A DNA stretch of 50,459 nt, taken from the NCBI GenBank assembly GCA_043822685.1, contig JBDRBL010000021.1, positions 1 through 50,459 of the forward strand, in the 5' to 3' direction. Source of the stretch: Candidatus Shapirobacteria bacterium. Its GTDB lineage: Bacteria > Patescibacteriota > Microgenomatia > PFEM01 > JBDRBL01. A program made the translations under genes and the position numbers. The notes under the pieces are model-generated. The model searched no databases. It was not told the DNA's origin and saw only the letters and a program-made list of their open reading frames with translations. Below are positions 8,042 to 17,681 of this stretch, piece after piece. Position 1 is the stretch's first letter. Every line of letters starts with the position of its first letter.

Positions 8042-8787
8042 CTAGCTAACGTCAAAACTAACGGACCTTTTTCCGTCACAGCAATCGTTTCCTCAAATAA
8101 TCCCGTCATTTTACCATCCTCACTGGCAATTGTCCAGCCGTCATCTTCTAAAACAACCTCTCCTTTTCCTTCGCCATAAATCACCTCAATCGCCAGCGTC
8201 ATCCCCACCGCCAACCGCGGTGACCGATCTGTTTTCCCTTTTCTTATCCAGCCCGGAATCAACGGCTCCTCGTGCAACTCCCTGCCCACTCCATGACCGG
8301 TTAAAACGCGAACCGGTTGATAACCCACTGCTTTGATCTCACTTTCAATCGCCCACGAGAGGTCACTTACTCGATTGCCCACACGACTCGCTTCAATGGC
8401 TTTTGCCAGCGCCTTCTTCCCCCCGGTCAAAAACTCCCGGTAATTCCCTCCGAAAGCCAAACTCACCGCCATGTCCGTGTTGAAGCCCCGATAAAGCAAG
8501 CCCATGTCCACGCTCACAAGATCCTTTTCTTTAATCTGATAGCCATTGGGTATTCCGTGCACCACTCCTTCATTAACATTAAGACAGGTCGCAAAACCAT
8601 AACTTTTAACCTTTTTAAAAGCTGCCTCTCCGCCGCTTTTATTAATTAAACCAACCGCAAGCTTCTCCAGTTCAATTAGCCGAATTCCAGGTTTGACCGC
8701 TTTGACCACCTCACCCATAATTCCCGCCAATTTCCTTCCCCCTTCCCGCATAATCTCAATTTCCACCGGTGTCTTAATGGGGATCAT
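8038..8787 (-). CDS. map: Type I methionine aminopeptidase
   Basis: 249-aa ORF with [20 protein letters not shown] and [12 protein letters not shown] metal-ligand motifs. Confidence 0.93.
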   Translation of the reverse strand: MIPIKTPVEIEIMREGGRKLAGIMGEVVKAVKPGIRLIELEKLAVGLINKSGGEAAFKKVKSYGFATCLNVNEGVVHGIPNGYQIKEKDLVSVDMGLLYRGFNTDMAVSLAFGGNYREFLTGGKKALAKAIEASRVGNRVSDLSWAIESEIKAVGYQPVRVLTGHGVGRELHEEPLIPGWIRKGKTDRSPRLAVGMTLAIEVIYGEGKGEVVLEDDGWTIASEDGKMTGLFEETIAVTEKGPLVLTLAS

Positions 8788-9365
8788 TGGACATTTTCCA
8801 GTTTTTCCACAATATCCTGATGAATCGCTTTAATCGAGCGCTCGCCGTCGATCTGGAGTAAAAGGCCTTTTTTTTGAAAATTCTGAAGAATTGGTTCAAT
8901 CGTTCGATGATATTCACGCAAGCGGGATTGGATGCTTTCTACTGTCTCATCTTTTCGTGCTTGCCCTTTAGTTTTTCGATCGCTTTCCGCACGCGATAAT
9001 AATCTTTTTGTTGACTCCTGATCAGAAACACACAATTGAATAACTCGATTAATTTTTTGATTTTTTGTCTTAAGATAATTTTCCAAAAGAGATATTTGCT
9101 CTTCTAAGCGGGGATAACCATCAAGAATAAATCCATTCGGACACTGATCAAGAACAGCGACTAAAATTTTAAAAACTAGTGCCGGCGGAGACCATTTGCC
9201 AATCCCCCAAGTTTTTTCCGCTTCGATACCATCAGGAGTTTTATCTTCATAAGCCTTTCTCAAAATTTCCCCCATCGATAAAGAGGGGATCTGAAGTTTT
9301 TTTGCCAGAAGATCTGCTTGAGTTCCTTTTCCCGATCCCGATGGTCCAATTATAATTAAATTCAT
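8784..9365 (-). CDS. adk: Adenylate kinase (short-lid form)
   Basis: 193-aa ORF with P-loop IIIGPSGSGKGTQ and FILDGYPR. It lies between secY and map. Confidence 0.9.
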   Translation of the reverse strand: MNLIIIGPSGSGKGTQADLLAKKLQIPSLSMGEILRKAYEDKTPDGIEAEKTWGIGKWSPPALVFKILVAVLDQCPNGFILDGYPRLEEQISLLENYLKTKNQKINRVIQLCVSDQESTKRLLSRAESDRKTKGQARKDETVESIQSRLREYHRTIEPILQNFQKKGLLLQIDGERSIKAIHQDIVEKLENVQ

Positions 9366-9366
9366 A

Positions 9367-10650
9367 CTATAAAAAGCCCTCGTACGACCGCATCACTAAC
9401 ATCGCCTCCAGCTGCTTCACGGTTTCCAAAACGACCGAAACCACAATCAAAATTCCGGTTCCGCCCACGCTCATGGTCGCCAAACCCGTTATGTTCTGGG
9501 CAATTGACGGTAAAATGGCAACCAAACCCAAAAACACCGCCCCGGCCAGCGTGATCCTGGTCAAAATGTAATTTAAATAATCCACTGTTGCCGCCCCGGG
9601 CCTAATCCCCGGCACAAAACCGCCATGTTTTTTAATCTCTTCGGCAATCTTTTCCGGATTAAAGACGACGGTGGTGTAAAAATAAGTAAACGCCATCACC
9701 AAGATAAAATATGTCAGATTGTAAACCCAGCCATTCGGACGAAACACCAAACTTATTTCCCTCGCCAAACCGGTCAAACCCAAGCTGGGCATCCCTTGTA
9801 AAAAATTCCCCACCATCGATGGCAACAGCACCAGCGATACCGCAAAAATGATCGGAATCACCCCGGCCTGATTAACCTTTAACGGCAGATAGGTCGTCTG
9901 GCCGCCGTAAGTTTTACTTCCGCTTAAACGCCGGGCATACTGAATCTTCACCTTGCGCGCGGCCTCGTTCACAAAAACAATCGCCCCAATCACCGCCATT
10001 GACATCACGGCAAATACCACGATATTAAAAATATTGTCCGCCGCTGCCACACTAGCGGTCCGACCCAAGCTCACCGGTAACCGGCCTACAATTCCGGCAA
10101 AAATAATCATCGAAATCCCGTTCCCAATACCATTTTCAGTTACCAGTTCTCCCAGCCAAACCAACAGCATCGTTCCCGCCGTCATCGTCGCCACTAAAGC
10201 CAGCAAGCTCAAAACCGCTACCTCTCCCGTCAAGTGTTGGCTCTTTAACAACGCGTACATCCCCATCGCCTGAAAAATCGCCAAGGGCACGGTCAATAAG
10301 CGCGTGTATTGATTAATTTTTCCCCGACCATATTCACCCTCTTTGGACAAGGCCTCCAGCGATGGCACCAGCATCGTTGCCAGTTGTAAAATAATCGAGG
10401 CGTTGATATAAGGATTCAGCCCCAAAGCCATAATAGAAAAATTGGCTAATGTCCCGCCGGAAAAAACGTCCAGCAATCCCAACAACGGACTGCTTTGAAA
10501 AATCTGCTTCAATGACACCAAGTCCACCCCGGGTACCGGAATGTGCGCCGCCAAACGAAAAACCGCCAAAATCACCGCCGTAAACACAAGTCTTTTCCGC
10601 ACCTCCGGCACACTGGTTATCCGCCGAATCACCTCGAGCAGTTTATTCAT
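9367..10650 (-). CDS. secY: Preprotein translocase subunit SecY
   Basis: 427-aa polytopic membrane ORF with a conserved C-terminal region ([10 protein letters not shown]) and the spc-operon position. Confidence 0.95.
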   Translation of the reverse strand: MNKLLEVIRRITSVPEVRKRLVFTAVILAVFRLAAHIPVPGVDLVSLKQIFQSSPLLGLLDVFSGGTLANFSIMALGLNPYINASIILQLATMLVPSLEALSKEGEYGRGKINQYTRLLTVPLAIFQAMGMYALLKSQHLTGEVAVLSLLALVATMTAGTMLLVWLGELVTENGIGNGISMIIFAGIVGRLPVSLGRTASVAAADNIFNIVVFAVMSMAVIGAIVFVNEAARKVKIQYARRLSGSKTYGGQTTYLPLKVNQAGVIPIIFAVSLVLLPSMVGNFLQGMPSLGLTGLAREISLVFRPNGWVYNLTYFILVMAFTYFYTTVVFNPEKIAEEIKKHGGFVPGIRPGAATVDYLNYILTRITLAGAVFLGLVAILPSIAQNITGLATMSVGGTGILIVVSVVLETVKQLEAMLVMRSYEGFL

Positions 10651-10882
10651 CTCTCTGTCTTCGTTTTCTAGATGCCTTCATTTTCCCTTTGCCGCGCAAC
10701 AAGGGCAGTCTCTTTACCAAGGACTTTTTATTCTTTGTTCCCATAAACAAAATTTTCGTCGCTTGGCGCGCGTTGGCCCCTTTGGCTCCCCGGCCGGTTG
10801 TGTGAAAACCCTTGCCCGATCCCGGCCCCCGTCCTCGACGCTTTTTTTTTCCGGTTACTATTTTCGGCAAATGATTTAACAT
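10643..10882 (-). CDS. rplO: 50S ribosomal protein L15, N-terminal region only (79 aa)
   Basis: Contains [24 protein letters not shown] and RLPLLRGKG, which match the L15 N-terminal extension. The ORF stops where secY begins, so there is no room for the usual C-terminal globular domain. Confidence 0.85.
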   Translation of the reverse strand: MLNHLPKIVTGKKKRRGRGPGSGKGFHTTGRGAKGANARQATKILFMGTKNKKSLVKRLPLLRGKGKMKASRKRRQRDE

Positions 10883-10888
10883 ATAAAA

Positions 10889-11347
10889 TTAATCCTCTCT
10901 TTTTTGTCGCTTCAATGTTTTCAGCGCCGCCATGGTCGCGTAGACGTTGCTTGCTTTGTTCCTTGTTCCCAAAATTTTGGCGACAATATCCCGCACTCCC
11001 GCCGCCTCTACTACGGCCCGCACCGGCCCACCGGCAATAATTCCCGTCCCTGCCGGCGCCGGCTTCAGTAAAATCCGTGCCGCCCCCACTTTTATCCGCA
11101 CTTCGTAAGGAATCGTTGTCCCCTTAAGAGAAATCTCCGTCATTGTCTTGCGCGCCCGATTCATTCCTTTGCGCAATGCTCCGGTCACGTCGGGTGCCTT
11201 GCCCAGACCAACCCCCACCCGACCCTTTTTGTCTCCCACTACTGTCAGCACCGAAAAACCGACCCGATTACCCCCGCTCGTTTTTTTGGATACCCGATTA
11301 ATTTGAATTATCTTCTCCTCAAAACCATCACTGCTAGGCATCATCAA
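10889..11347 (-). CDS. rpsE: 30S ribosomal protein S5
   Basis: 152-aa ORF: [36 protein letters not shown]. Confidence 0.95.
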   Translation of the reverse strand: MMMPSSDGFEEKIIQINRVSKKTSGGNRVGFSVLTVVGDKKGRVGVGLGKAPDVTGALRKGMNRARKTMTEISLKGTTIPYEVRIKVGAARILLKPAPAGTGIIAGGPVRAVVEAAGVRDIVAKILGTRNKASNVYATMAALKTLKRQKRED

Positions 11348-11622
11348 AACTCCAATCCGGCGCTCCGCGCCGCTTCGGCTAACGCCCTAATTCGACCATG
11401 ATATTTTCGCCCCCGGCGATCGAAAACTACCTTTTTTACCTTCTTCGCCAAAGCTCGTTTGGCCACCAACTCACCCACCTTGACCGCTTTTTCCGTCTTA
11501 GTTCCTTTATCTTTAATGCCGATACTGCTCGCCGACGCCACTGTCTTCCTTTTGGCATCATCAATCACTTGAGCAGATGTTTGCTTGTTCGACCGAAAAA
11601 CCGCCAGTCTTAATCTTGTCAT
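11344..11622 (-). CDS. rplR: 50S ribosomal protein L18 (short)
   Basis: 92-aa ORF: [18 protein letters not shown]...[28 protein letters not shown]. Confidence 0.93.
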   Translation of the reverse strand: MTRLRLAVFRSNKQTSAQVIDDAKRKTVASASSIGIKDKGTKTEKAVKVGELVAKRALAKKVKKVVFDRRGRKYHGRIRALAEAARSAGLEF

Positions 11623-12185
11623 TCTGCTCCTTTCTCGCCCGCACCTCCGACCTTACCGGCTTTGCCGGCTTTTCGACGCACCTCTTCACCTTCATAACGA
11701 ATTCCCTTCCCCTTATAGGGCTCCGGCGGTCTAATAGCTCTTATTCTTGCGGCCATCTGGCCGACCAGCTCCTTATCCACTCCCGAAACCTGAATCGTCT
11801 CGTTATCCGGCGTTTCCAATTTTACTCCTACCACCGGCTTCACTTCCGCCGGATGCGAAAAACCACAAGTAATGATGAGCTTTTCTCCCTCCATTTTTGC
11901 CCGATAGCCGGTGCCGACCAACTTCAACTTGCGCCCATATCCCCGGCTTACTCCCTCCACCATATTCGCAACCAGACTTCGCCACAAACCATGCAAGCCC
12001 CTCACTCTTCGTTCGTCACTCGCCCGCGACAGCCACAACTTGTCTTCTTTCAACTCCAGCTTTATCTCTCCGGGCAATTTCCGGCTCAATTTCCCTTTCA
12101 CTCCCTCCACCTCTACAACCCCGTTCTTTACTTTAACGCTTATTCCTTCGAGCACGTCAATTGGCATTCTTCCGATTCTACTCAT
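11619..12185 (-). CDS. rplF: 50S ribosomal protein L6
   Basis: 188-aa ORF: [22 protein letters not shown]...LVGTGYRA...[14 protein letters not shown]. Confidence 0.95.
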   Translation of the reverse strand: MSRIGRMPIDVLEGISVKVKNGVVEVEGVKGKLSRKLPGEIKLELKEDKLWLSRASDERRVRGLHGLWRSLVANMVEGVSRGYGRKLKLVGTGYRAKMEGEKLIITCGFSHPAEVKPVVGVKLETPDNETIQVSGVDKELVGQMAARIRAIRPPEPYKGKGIRYEGEEVRRKAGKAGKVGGAGEKGAE

Positions 12186-12191
12186 CTTTTT

Positions 12192-12581
12192 TTACCAAAC
12201 TTGACCAATAACTTCGCCTCCCACTTTTTGTTCCCGCGCCTCCCGATCCGCCATAACGCCTTTTGAAGTTGACACTAACGTTACCCCTCGGCCTCTCTTC
12301 ACAAAAGGAATCTGCCCCACTTTTTTATAAACTCTCCGGCCGGGTTTGGAAATCATTACGATCCCTCTCGCCGCCGGCTGCCGCCCCAGATATTTTAAAG
12401 TTAAATTTAAATCCCGCTTCTTATTCGTCGTTTCCACCGCCGATTTGGTCAAAAAGCCATACTTCACCAAAACTTTAGCCAGCGCCTCTTTCAATCTTGA
12501 ATACGGCACCCTGACTTCCGTCAGTCCTGCTTGATAGCCGTTACGAATTCTGGTCAAAAAATCAGCCACACCATCGGTCAT
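12192..12581 (-). CDS. rpsH: 30S ribosomal protein S8
   Basis: 129-aa ORF: DGVADFLTRIRNGYQAG...GVTLVSTSKGVMADREAREQKVGGEVIGQVW. Confidence 0.95.
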   Translation of the reverse strand: MTDGVADFLTRIRNGYQAGLTEVRVPYSRLKEALAKVLVKYGFLTKSAVETTNKKRDLNLTLKYLGRQPAARGIVMISKPGRRVYKKVGQIPFVKRGRGVTLVSTSKGVMADREAREQKVGGEVIGQVW

Positions 12582-12591
12582 ATTATTTTTC

Positions 12592-12777
12592 TTACCAAGA
12601 AGCCTTAGTCACTCCCGGTAGCTCCCCTTTATTCGCTAACTCTCTAAAACAAAGCCGACAAGTTCCAAAAAGCCGCATGTACGCGCGCGCGCGCCCGCAC
12701 AACGAACAACGATGATGCTGTCTCGTCGAGTATTTTGGCCGCCGACTGTCTTTGATCATCTTTGCCAATCTAGCCAT
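12592..12777 (-). CDS. rpsN: 30S ribosomal protein S14, type Z (zinc form)
   Basis: MARLAKMIKDSRRPKYSTRQHHRCSLCGRARAYMRLFGTCRLCFRELANKGELPGVTKASW (61 aa from the ATG at 12777). It has the CxxC...CxxC motif. Confidence 0.93.
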   Translation of the reverse strand: MARLAKMIKDSRRPKYSTRQHHRCSLCGRARAYMRLFGTCRLCFRELANKGELPGVTKASW

Positions 12778-13264
12778 GTTTTTTCTCCTTCTCAAACATC
12801 GCCCCCCACTTTTCCAGCTCTGCCTTTGCTTCCTCGATCGAAGCGGCCTCGCTCACAATCGTGATCTGAAAACCGCGGATTTTGTCGACCTTCGAGGCCT
12901 CTATTTCCGGAAAAACTACCTGTTCGGCAACCCCCAAGTTATAATTTCCTGCGCGATCAAAACCCCTCATCTTTAACCCCTGAAAGTCACGGAATCGCGG
13001 CAAAACCACTTTGAAAAACCTCGTCAGGAAAGCGCTCATCCGCTTGCCTCGCAAAGTCACCATCAATCCCGACGGATCACCTTTTCTCAATCTAAATTCC
13101 GCCACCGAAAGCCTCGCCGTAGTCAACCGAGGCTTTTGGCCCGTAATCACGGCCAAATCTTCCATTGCTCGCGCCAAATAATCTTTCTCCTTCCCTGACT
13201 CACCCAAACCCATATTAATAACCACCTTAATTACTTTTGCCATTTTTAAATTAACTCCCGGCAT
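12770..13264 (-). CDS. rplE: 50S ribosomal protein L5
   Basis: Contains KVVINMGLGE, RLRKGDPSGLMVTLRG and RGFDRAGNYNLGV. The start is uncertain. The ORF-track start at 13339 is a TTG that overlaps rplX by 94 nt; ATG 13264 or ATG 13243 is more plausible. Confidence 0.88.
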   Translation of the reverse strand: MPGVNLKMAKVIKVVINMGLGESGKEKDYLARAMEDLAVITGQKPRLTTARLSVAEFRLRKGDPSGLMVTLRGKRMSAFLTRFFKVVLPRFRDFQGLKMRGFDRAGNYNLGVAEQVVFPEIEASKVDKIRGFQITIVSEAASIEEAKAELEKWGAMFEKEKKHG

Positions 13265-13548
13265 TTTTTGCAAATTCTTTTCTTCCCCTGCCCGACCAAC
13301 TGCCAACCGACCCTTGTCGCTTTGCCGCACTTCGGACAAACCAGCGCCACCTTGCTAACCAGCAGTGGTTTAACTAAATCAATAATCCCCCCCTTATGTC
13401 CTTCGCGTGCCTTAACATTTTTTTTGAACATATTTATGCCTTCAACCATAACTTTTTTACCGCCAGCCAACACCTTATCTACTTTGCCCTCCCGTCCCCG
13501 GTCTCTACCCAGCAAAACCTTCACTCGATCGTTTTTTTTAATCTTCAT
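13246..13548 (-). CDS. rplX: 50S ribosomal protein L24 with a Cys4 C-terminal segment
   Basis: 100-aa ORF with the KOW motif ([20 protein letters not shown]). The C-terminus reads [26 protein letters not shown]. Confidence 0.93.
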   Translation of the reverse strand: MKIKKNDRVKVLLGRDRGREGKVDKVLAGGKKVMVEGINMFKKNVKAREGHKGGIIDLVKPLLVSKVALVCPKCGKATRVGWQLVGQGKKRICKKCRELI

Positions 13549-13913
13549 AAAACCTCCGCCGCCAGCGAGACAATCCGATTATAACCTTTGTCTTTAATTT
13601 CCCGCGCCACCGGCCCGAAAACCCGCGTTCCAATTGGCGCTCCTTCTTTATCAATGATTACTGCCGCGTTATCATCAAAACGAATATATGACCCATCCGC
13701 TCGACGAACCTCTTTACGACTCCTCACGATCACGGCTCTCACCATCTCCGAATCCTTAACCGTCCCGTTGGGATCAGCCATGTCAACAACCGCCTTCACC
13801 ACATCACCTAAACGACCATACCGCCGCCATGAACCACCATAAACATGGATCAGACGGAGCTTTTTCGCTCCCGCATTATCCGCCGGCGTCAAAATTGTTC
13901 GTAATTGCACCAT
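13545..13913 (-). CDS. rplN: 50S ribosomal protein L14
   Basis: 122-aa ORF: [17 protein letters not shown]...[11 protein letters not shown]...GPVAREI. Confidence 0.95.
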   Translation of the reverse strand: MVQLRTILTPADNAGAKKLRLIHVYGGSWRRYGRLGDVVKAVVDMADPNGTVKDSEMVRAVIVRSRKEVRRADGSYIRFDDNAAVIIDKEGAPIGTRVFGPVAREIKDKGYNRIVSLAAEVL

Positions 13914-13914
13914 A

Positions 13915-14148
13915 TTAAAAAATTTTAATTATCTCGGTTATTTTCCATTTTTTCGTCTTGCTCATCGGCCTGGTTTCCGTTATTTTTACCCGCTGCCCTT
14001 TCTTCACCGGCAGATTGTAGGCCGCATGATATTTCTTGGTCCACTTCACCGATCGGCCATATAGCGGATGCCTTCTTCTCCGCTCCACCAGCACCGTCGC
14101 CGTCTTAGCCATTTTAACACTCACGACAACTCCTTCAAGCGGTTTCAT
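13915..14148 (-). CDS. rpsQ: 30S ribosomal protein S17
   Basis: 77-aa ORF: [39 protein letters not shown]. Confidence 0.93.
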   Translation of the reverse strand: MKPLEGVVVSVKMAKTATVLVERRRRHPLYGRSVKWTKKYHAAYNLPVKKGQRVKITETRPMSKTKKWKITEIIKIF

Positions 14149-14320
14149 TTTTCAACTCCTTTTTGTGTAACTCGGTGGCTATTCGGGCAATATCTTTCCG
14201 CATCTCCCGCCAACTTTTATCTCTCCTTGATCTGGTGATCTCCATCACCAACTCGGCTCTCATTTGCCGCAACTCCGCCGTCGTTTTATTTACCAACTCC
14301 TGTCTTTCTTTCTTTTTCAT
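14135..14320 (-). CDS. rpmC: 50S ribosomal protein L29
   Basis: 61-aa helical ORF ([16 protein letters not shown]) between rplP and rpsQ. Confidence 0.85.
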   Translation of the reverse strand: MKKKERQELVNKTTAELRQMRAELVMEITRSRRDKSWREMRKDIARIATELHKKELKNETA

Positions 14321-14322
14321 TA

Positions 14323-14727
14323 TTATTTCTCAATAAACTTGGTTTTAAACGGTAACTTATCTCCCGCTCGCGAGAATGCCTCTTCCGCCATTTCTTTACC
14401 CACACCCGCTAACTCTAAGATAATCCGGCCGGGTTTGACAACCGCGACGTAGTGGTCAATATCTCCTTTCCCACTGCCCATCCCTGACCCCAAACCTTTG
14501 CTCGTTACCGGTTTATGCGGAAAAACCCGGATCCATAACCTGCCGGCTCTTTTAGTGTAGTGACTCACGGCCACCCGCGCCGCTTCGATTTGCCTCGCCG
14601 ATAACCAAGCCCGTCCCAAACATTTCAAACCATAATCACCAAAGGCCAGCACGGCTCCTCTTTGGGAACTTCCCCGCATCTTGCCGCGAAACTCTTTTCG
14701 ATATTTTCTTCTCTTTGGTTCTAACAT
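14323..14727 (-). CDS. rplP: 50S ribosomal protein L16
   Basis: 134-aa ORF: MLEPKRRKYRKEFRGKMRG...ARQIEAARVAVSHYTKRAGRLWIRVFPHKPVTSK. Confidence 0.95.
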   Translation of the reverse strand: MLEPKRRKYRKEFRGKMRGSSQRGAVLAFGDYGLKCLGRAWLSARQIEAARVAVSHYTKRAGRLWIRVFPHKPVTSKGLGSGMGSGKGDIDHYVAVVKPGRIILELAGVGKEMAEEAFSRAGDKLPFKTKFIEK

Positions 14728-14728
14728 C

Positions 14729-15386
14729 TTAGACTTTCAAACCCTTATAAATCCAGACCTTAATGCCAATATGTCCCGATCGCGTCAGGCAAGGATAAGT
14801 CGCATAATCAATCTCCGCCCGCAAAGTCTGCACCGGAATCGTTCCCGCTTTGCCCTGATCGCCAAACTTTTCCGTCCGACTAATCTCGGCCCCATTAATT
14901 CGCCCCGCCAGCTGGATCTTTACCCCCTTCGCCCCCGACTGCATTATCCTTTCGATTGTCTTCGCAATTACCCGCCGATAGGGCATCCTTTTCTCCAGTT
15001 GCTCCGCAATCCTTACCGCCACTAAATAGGCCGACAATTCCGGACTTCTCACTTCCATTGTTTCCAGTAAAAGATTTTTCTCCGCCGAAGGCAAGCTGAT
15101 TCTGGCGGCCAGCTCTTTTTTTAATCATCTCCAATCCCGATCCTCCTCGACCAATGACCATCCCCGGCCGGCTGACAAAAATCTTGATCCGCATCTTGCC
15201 AATTGACCGTTCAATTTGAACTTGTGTCACTCCGGCCAGCCGTAATTTCACCATCAAAAACCGCCGGATACGCACATCCTCCAATAAATTTTTTCGATAT
15301 TGATTTTTGTCCGCCGCAAACCAGCGCGACACCCAATCCCGATTTAACACCAGACGAAAGCTCACCGGGTTAACTTTTTGACCCAT
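14729..15386 (-). CDS. rpsC: 30S ribosomal protein S3, interrupted by a 1-nt frameshift in a homopolymer
   Basis: Two ORFs cover the gene: 14895-15386 (MGQKVNPVSFRL...GRGGSGLEMIKK) and 14729-15094 (..PSAEKNLLLETMEVRSPELSAYLVAVRIAEQLEKRMPYRR..). They join into one normal S3 if the A7 run (T7 at 15116-15122 on the plus strand) is read as A6, giving IKKELAARISLPSAEK. Confidence 0.9.
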
Positions 15387-15720
15387 TTTCCTCTCCGCTT
15401 AAAACTAATTTAATTTGACTGGTTCTCTTTTTAATTGAGTGCGCCTGTCCCCTCGAAACCGGCCGCCAGCGCTTCATAATTACTCCTTCTCCCACTTCGA
15501 CACTCTTAACCACCAAGCTTTCTTTGGATAACTTAAAATTATGCACCGCATTGCCGATTCCCTGCTTTAAAGTCAGCCTTAATGGTTCGGCTGCGGCTTT
15601 GTTCAGGTTTTTCAACAAATCCATCGCCAGCTCGACCTTTTTCTCTTTAATTAATTCCGCCACCAAGCGCACTTTTCTCGGCGAAATTCTCACATTTTTT
15701 GATTCCGCTCTTATTTCCAT
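15370..15720 (-). CDS. rplV: 50S ribosomal protein L22
   Basis: 116-aa ORF: RISPRKVRLVAELIKEKKV...MKRWRPVSRGQAHSIKKRTSQIKL. Confidence 0.95.
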   Translation of the reverse strand: MEIRAESKNVRISPRKVRLVAELIKEKKVELAMDLLKNLNKAAAEPLRLTLKQGIGNAVHNFKLSKESLVVKSVEVGEGVIMKRWRPVSRGQAHSIKKRTSQIKLVLSGEENGSKS

Positions 15721-15721
15721 T

Positions 15722-16006
15722 TTAAGTTTTTGTTAAGACTCTCTTGGTAACTTTACCATGGCCATGAAATGTCCTCGTTGGAGCAAATTCACCCAAGCGA
15801 TAACCAACCATCGCCTCATTAATAAAAATCTCCACAAATTTCTTTCCGTTGTGCACGGCCAAAGTACACCCCACAAATTCTGGCGGGACTTGGCTGCTCC
15901 TCGCCCAAGTCTTAATCGGCTCTTTTTTCCCCAATGCCTTCTGTTCCAGTATTTTTTTTAAAAGCCGGACATCAACATATGGTCCTTTTTTGCTTGATCT
16001 CGCCAT
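15722..16006 (-). CDS. rpsS: 30S ribosomal protein S19
   Basis: 94-aa ORF: [12 protein letters not shown]...[36 protein letters not shown]. Confidence 0.95.
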   Translation of the reverse strand: MARSSKKGPYVDVRLLKKILEQKALGKKEPIKTWARSSQVPPEFVGCTLAVHNGKKFVEIFINEAMVGYRLGEFAPTRTFHGHGKVTKRVLTKT

Positions 16007-16007
16007 G

Positions 16008-16781
16008 CTACTTCCTCCGTTTAATTATAAAGCGACTACTGGCCTTTTTCTTATTTCTTGTTCTTTTGCCCAAAGCCGGTTTGCCCCAAGGCGTTTTTGG
16101 TCCGGGCATGCCAATTCCTGACCTGCCCTCGCCGCCGCCATGAGGATGACTATTGGGATGTTGTGCCACTCCCCGCACCGTCGGCCTGACCCCCCGTCTC
16201 CGCTGGCGACCGGCACTGCCAATTTTTTGACTCCGCCAATCGGCATTTCCCACTTGTCCTACCGTGGCCAGACAAGCTAAGGGCAGCATTCTGATCTCTC
16301 CCGAAGGCAGTTTAACCGTGGCCACCTTTCCCTCTTTCGCTGTCAAGATTGCCGCCGTTCCCGCTCCTCTGGCTATCTGCGCCCCTTTTCCCGGCACCAT
16401 CTCCACATTATGCACCACTGTCCCCACCGGCAACTGCTCCAAGCTCATCGCACTTCCCGTTTTCACTTCGGCCCCCTCGCCGGCCGCGACCGTCTCACCT
16501 ATCTTCAAACCTACCGGCGCCAAAATATAATTTTTCCCGCCATTCTTATAATTAATCAGGGCTATCTCCGCCGTCCGGTTTGGGTCATACTCAATTGCCA
16601 CCACCTTGCCGGTCACGCCCGTCTCTGGCCGTTTGAAATCAATCTCGCGCCAAAAACGCTTGTGCCGGCCGCCCTGATGCCGTACCGTCACCTTGCCGGT
16701 CGCGTTCCGGCCCGAACGTTTCGGCAATAACTTCAACAGCGCTTTAACTCTCTTTGTTTTTTTTCTTGTGTTTTTCATCTT
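16008..16781 (-). CDS. rplB: 50S ribosomal protein L2
   Basis: Contains [33 protein letters not shown] and GKRTRNKKK. The ATG at 16781 (MKNTRKK) is preferred over the ORF-track start at 16805. Confidence 0.95.
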   Translation of the reverse strand, partial: KMKNTRKKTKRVKALLKLLPKRSGRNATGKVTVRHQGGRHKRFWREIDFKRPETGVTGKVVAIEYDPNRTAEIALINYKNGGKNYILAPVGLKIGETVAAGEGAEVKTGSAMSLEQLPVGTVVHNVEMVPGKGAQIARGAGTAAILTAKEGKVATVKLPSGEIRMLPLACLATVGQVGNADWRSQKIGSAGRQRRRGVRPTVRGVAQHPNSHPHGGGEGRSGIGMPGPKTPWGKPALGKRTRNKKKASSRFIIKRRK

Positions 16782-17070
16782 TATTCTCCACTGCAAACAA
16801 ATCAATTTTCTGGCCCGGCGCCAATTTCACTATCGCCTTTTTTCTATCCGGTTTTCGACTTGTCCCGCCCGACCGCCGGCGTTTTTCTTTCCCTTTTTGT
16901 CTCGCCGTTTTCACTTCCATCACCTTAACTTTAAATGCTTCCGCCACGACCTCCCGAATCTGGTTTTTGTTGGCTCGTAAATCAACCTCAAAAGTAAACC
17001 AGCCCGTACTGGCAAGCTTCATTGTTTTTTCCGTAATTACCGGCTTTTTGATAATCACATCTCCCCTCAT
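16744..17070 (-). CDS. rplW: 50S ribosomal protein L23
   Basis: 108-aa ORF: IIKKPVITEKTMKL...FEVDLRANKNQIREVVAEAFKVKVMEVKT. Confidence 0.93.
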   Translation of the reverse strand: MRGDVIIKKPVITEKTMKLASTGWFTFEVDLRANKNQIREVVAEAFKVKVMEVKTARQKGKEKRRRSGGTSRKPDRKKAIVKLAPGQKIDLFAVENKDEKHKKKNKES

Positions 17071-17681
17071 TTAAGTACCTCCAAACTCTCCGCCGCCAAA
17101 ACGAGTTTTCCCCCATTCAAAACCGCATAGGCGTTCAATTGTTTCACCGAAAACAAACTCATCTTCTCTATATTTCTGGCCGCTCGCACTGTTTTTTCCC
17201 ACCTCTCCGGTAAAATCAAAGACGTCTTGCCGGTTATTTTCAAAGTTTTCAACAACTTTTCTATTTCTTTAGTCTTACCCTTTGCCTTGCTCAATCCTGC
17301 CACAACCCATACCTCTTTACTCTCCAATTTGCTCGTCAAAGCCGACGGCAGTGCCGCCTTTCGCATTTTTTTACTCAATCTTAACTTATAATTCTGTTCA
17401 CCTGTCGGCCCGTGCGCCACCCCGCCGCCGACAAAAATTGGGGCTCCCTTGCTCCCGTGCCGTGCCCGACCGGTCCCCTTTTGCCGATAGATCTTTCTCG
17501 TTGACCGCGCCACCTCACCTCGTGTTTTTGATTTTGCTCCGGCCCGACGCTGATTCGCCAAAAATACCCGCACTGCCTGGGCCAGCAATTTCAAATTGAC
17601 CTTCACCCCAAAGACCTTCTTCGGCAACAGAATTTTTTTCTCCGTCTCGCCTTTCAGATTATAAAGATTAACTTTAAGCAT
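17067..17681 (-). CDS. rplD: 50S ribosomal protein L4
   Basis: Contains RQKGTGRARHGSKGAPIFVGGGVAHGP. The ATG at 17681 forms the usual ATGCTTAA overlap with the rplC stop; the ORF-track start at 17693 is a TTG. Confidence 0.93.
   Translation of the reverse strand: MLKVNLYNLKGETEKKILLPKKVFGVKVNLKLLAQAVRVFLANQRRAGAKSKTRGEVARSTRKIYRQKGTGRARHGSKGAPIFVGGGVAHGPTGEQNYKLRLSKKMRKAALPSALTSKLESKEVWVVAGLSKAKGKTKEIEKLLKTLKITGKTSLILPERWEKTVRAARNIEKMSLFSVKQLNAYAVLNGGKLVLAAESLEVLK

Noticed and set aside
15113-15125. A_AAA_AAG in rpsC considered as a programmed -1 ribosomal frameshift site (dnaX-like)
   Set aside because: The downstream S3 frame is reached by a +1 shift (or deletion of one A), not by -1. The classical -1 slippery-heptamer mechanism therefore does not fit. 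Homopolymer error or transcriptional slippage is more likely.
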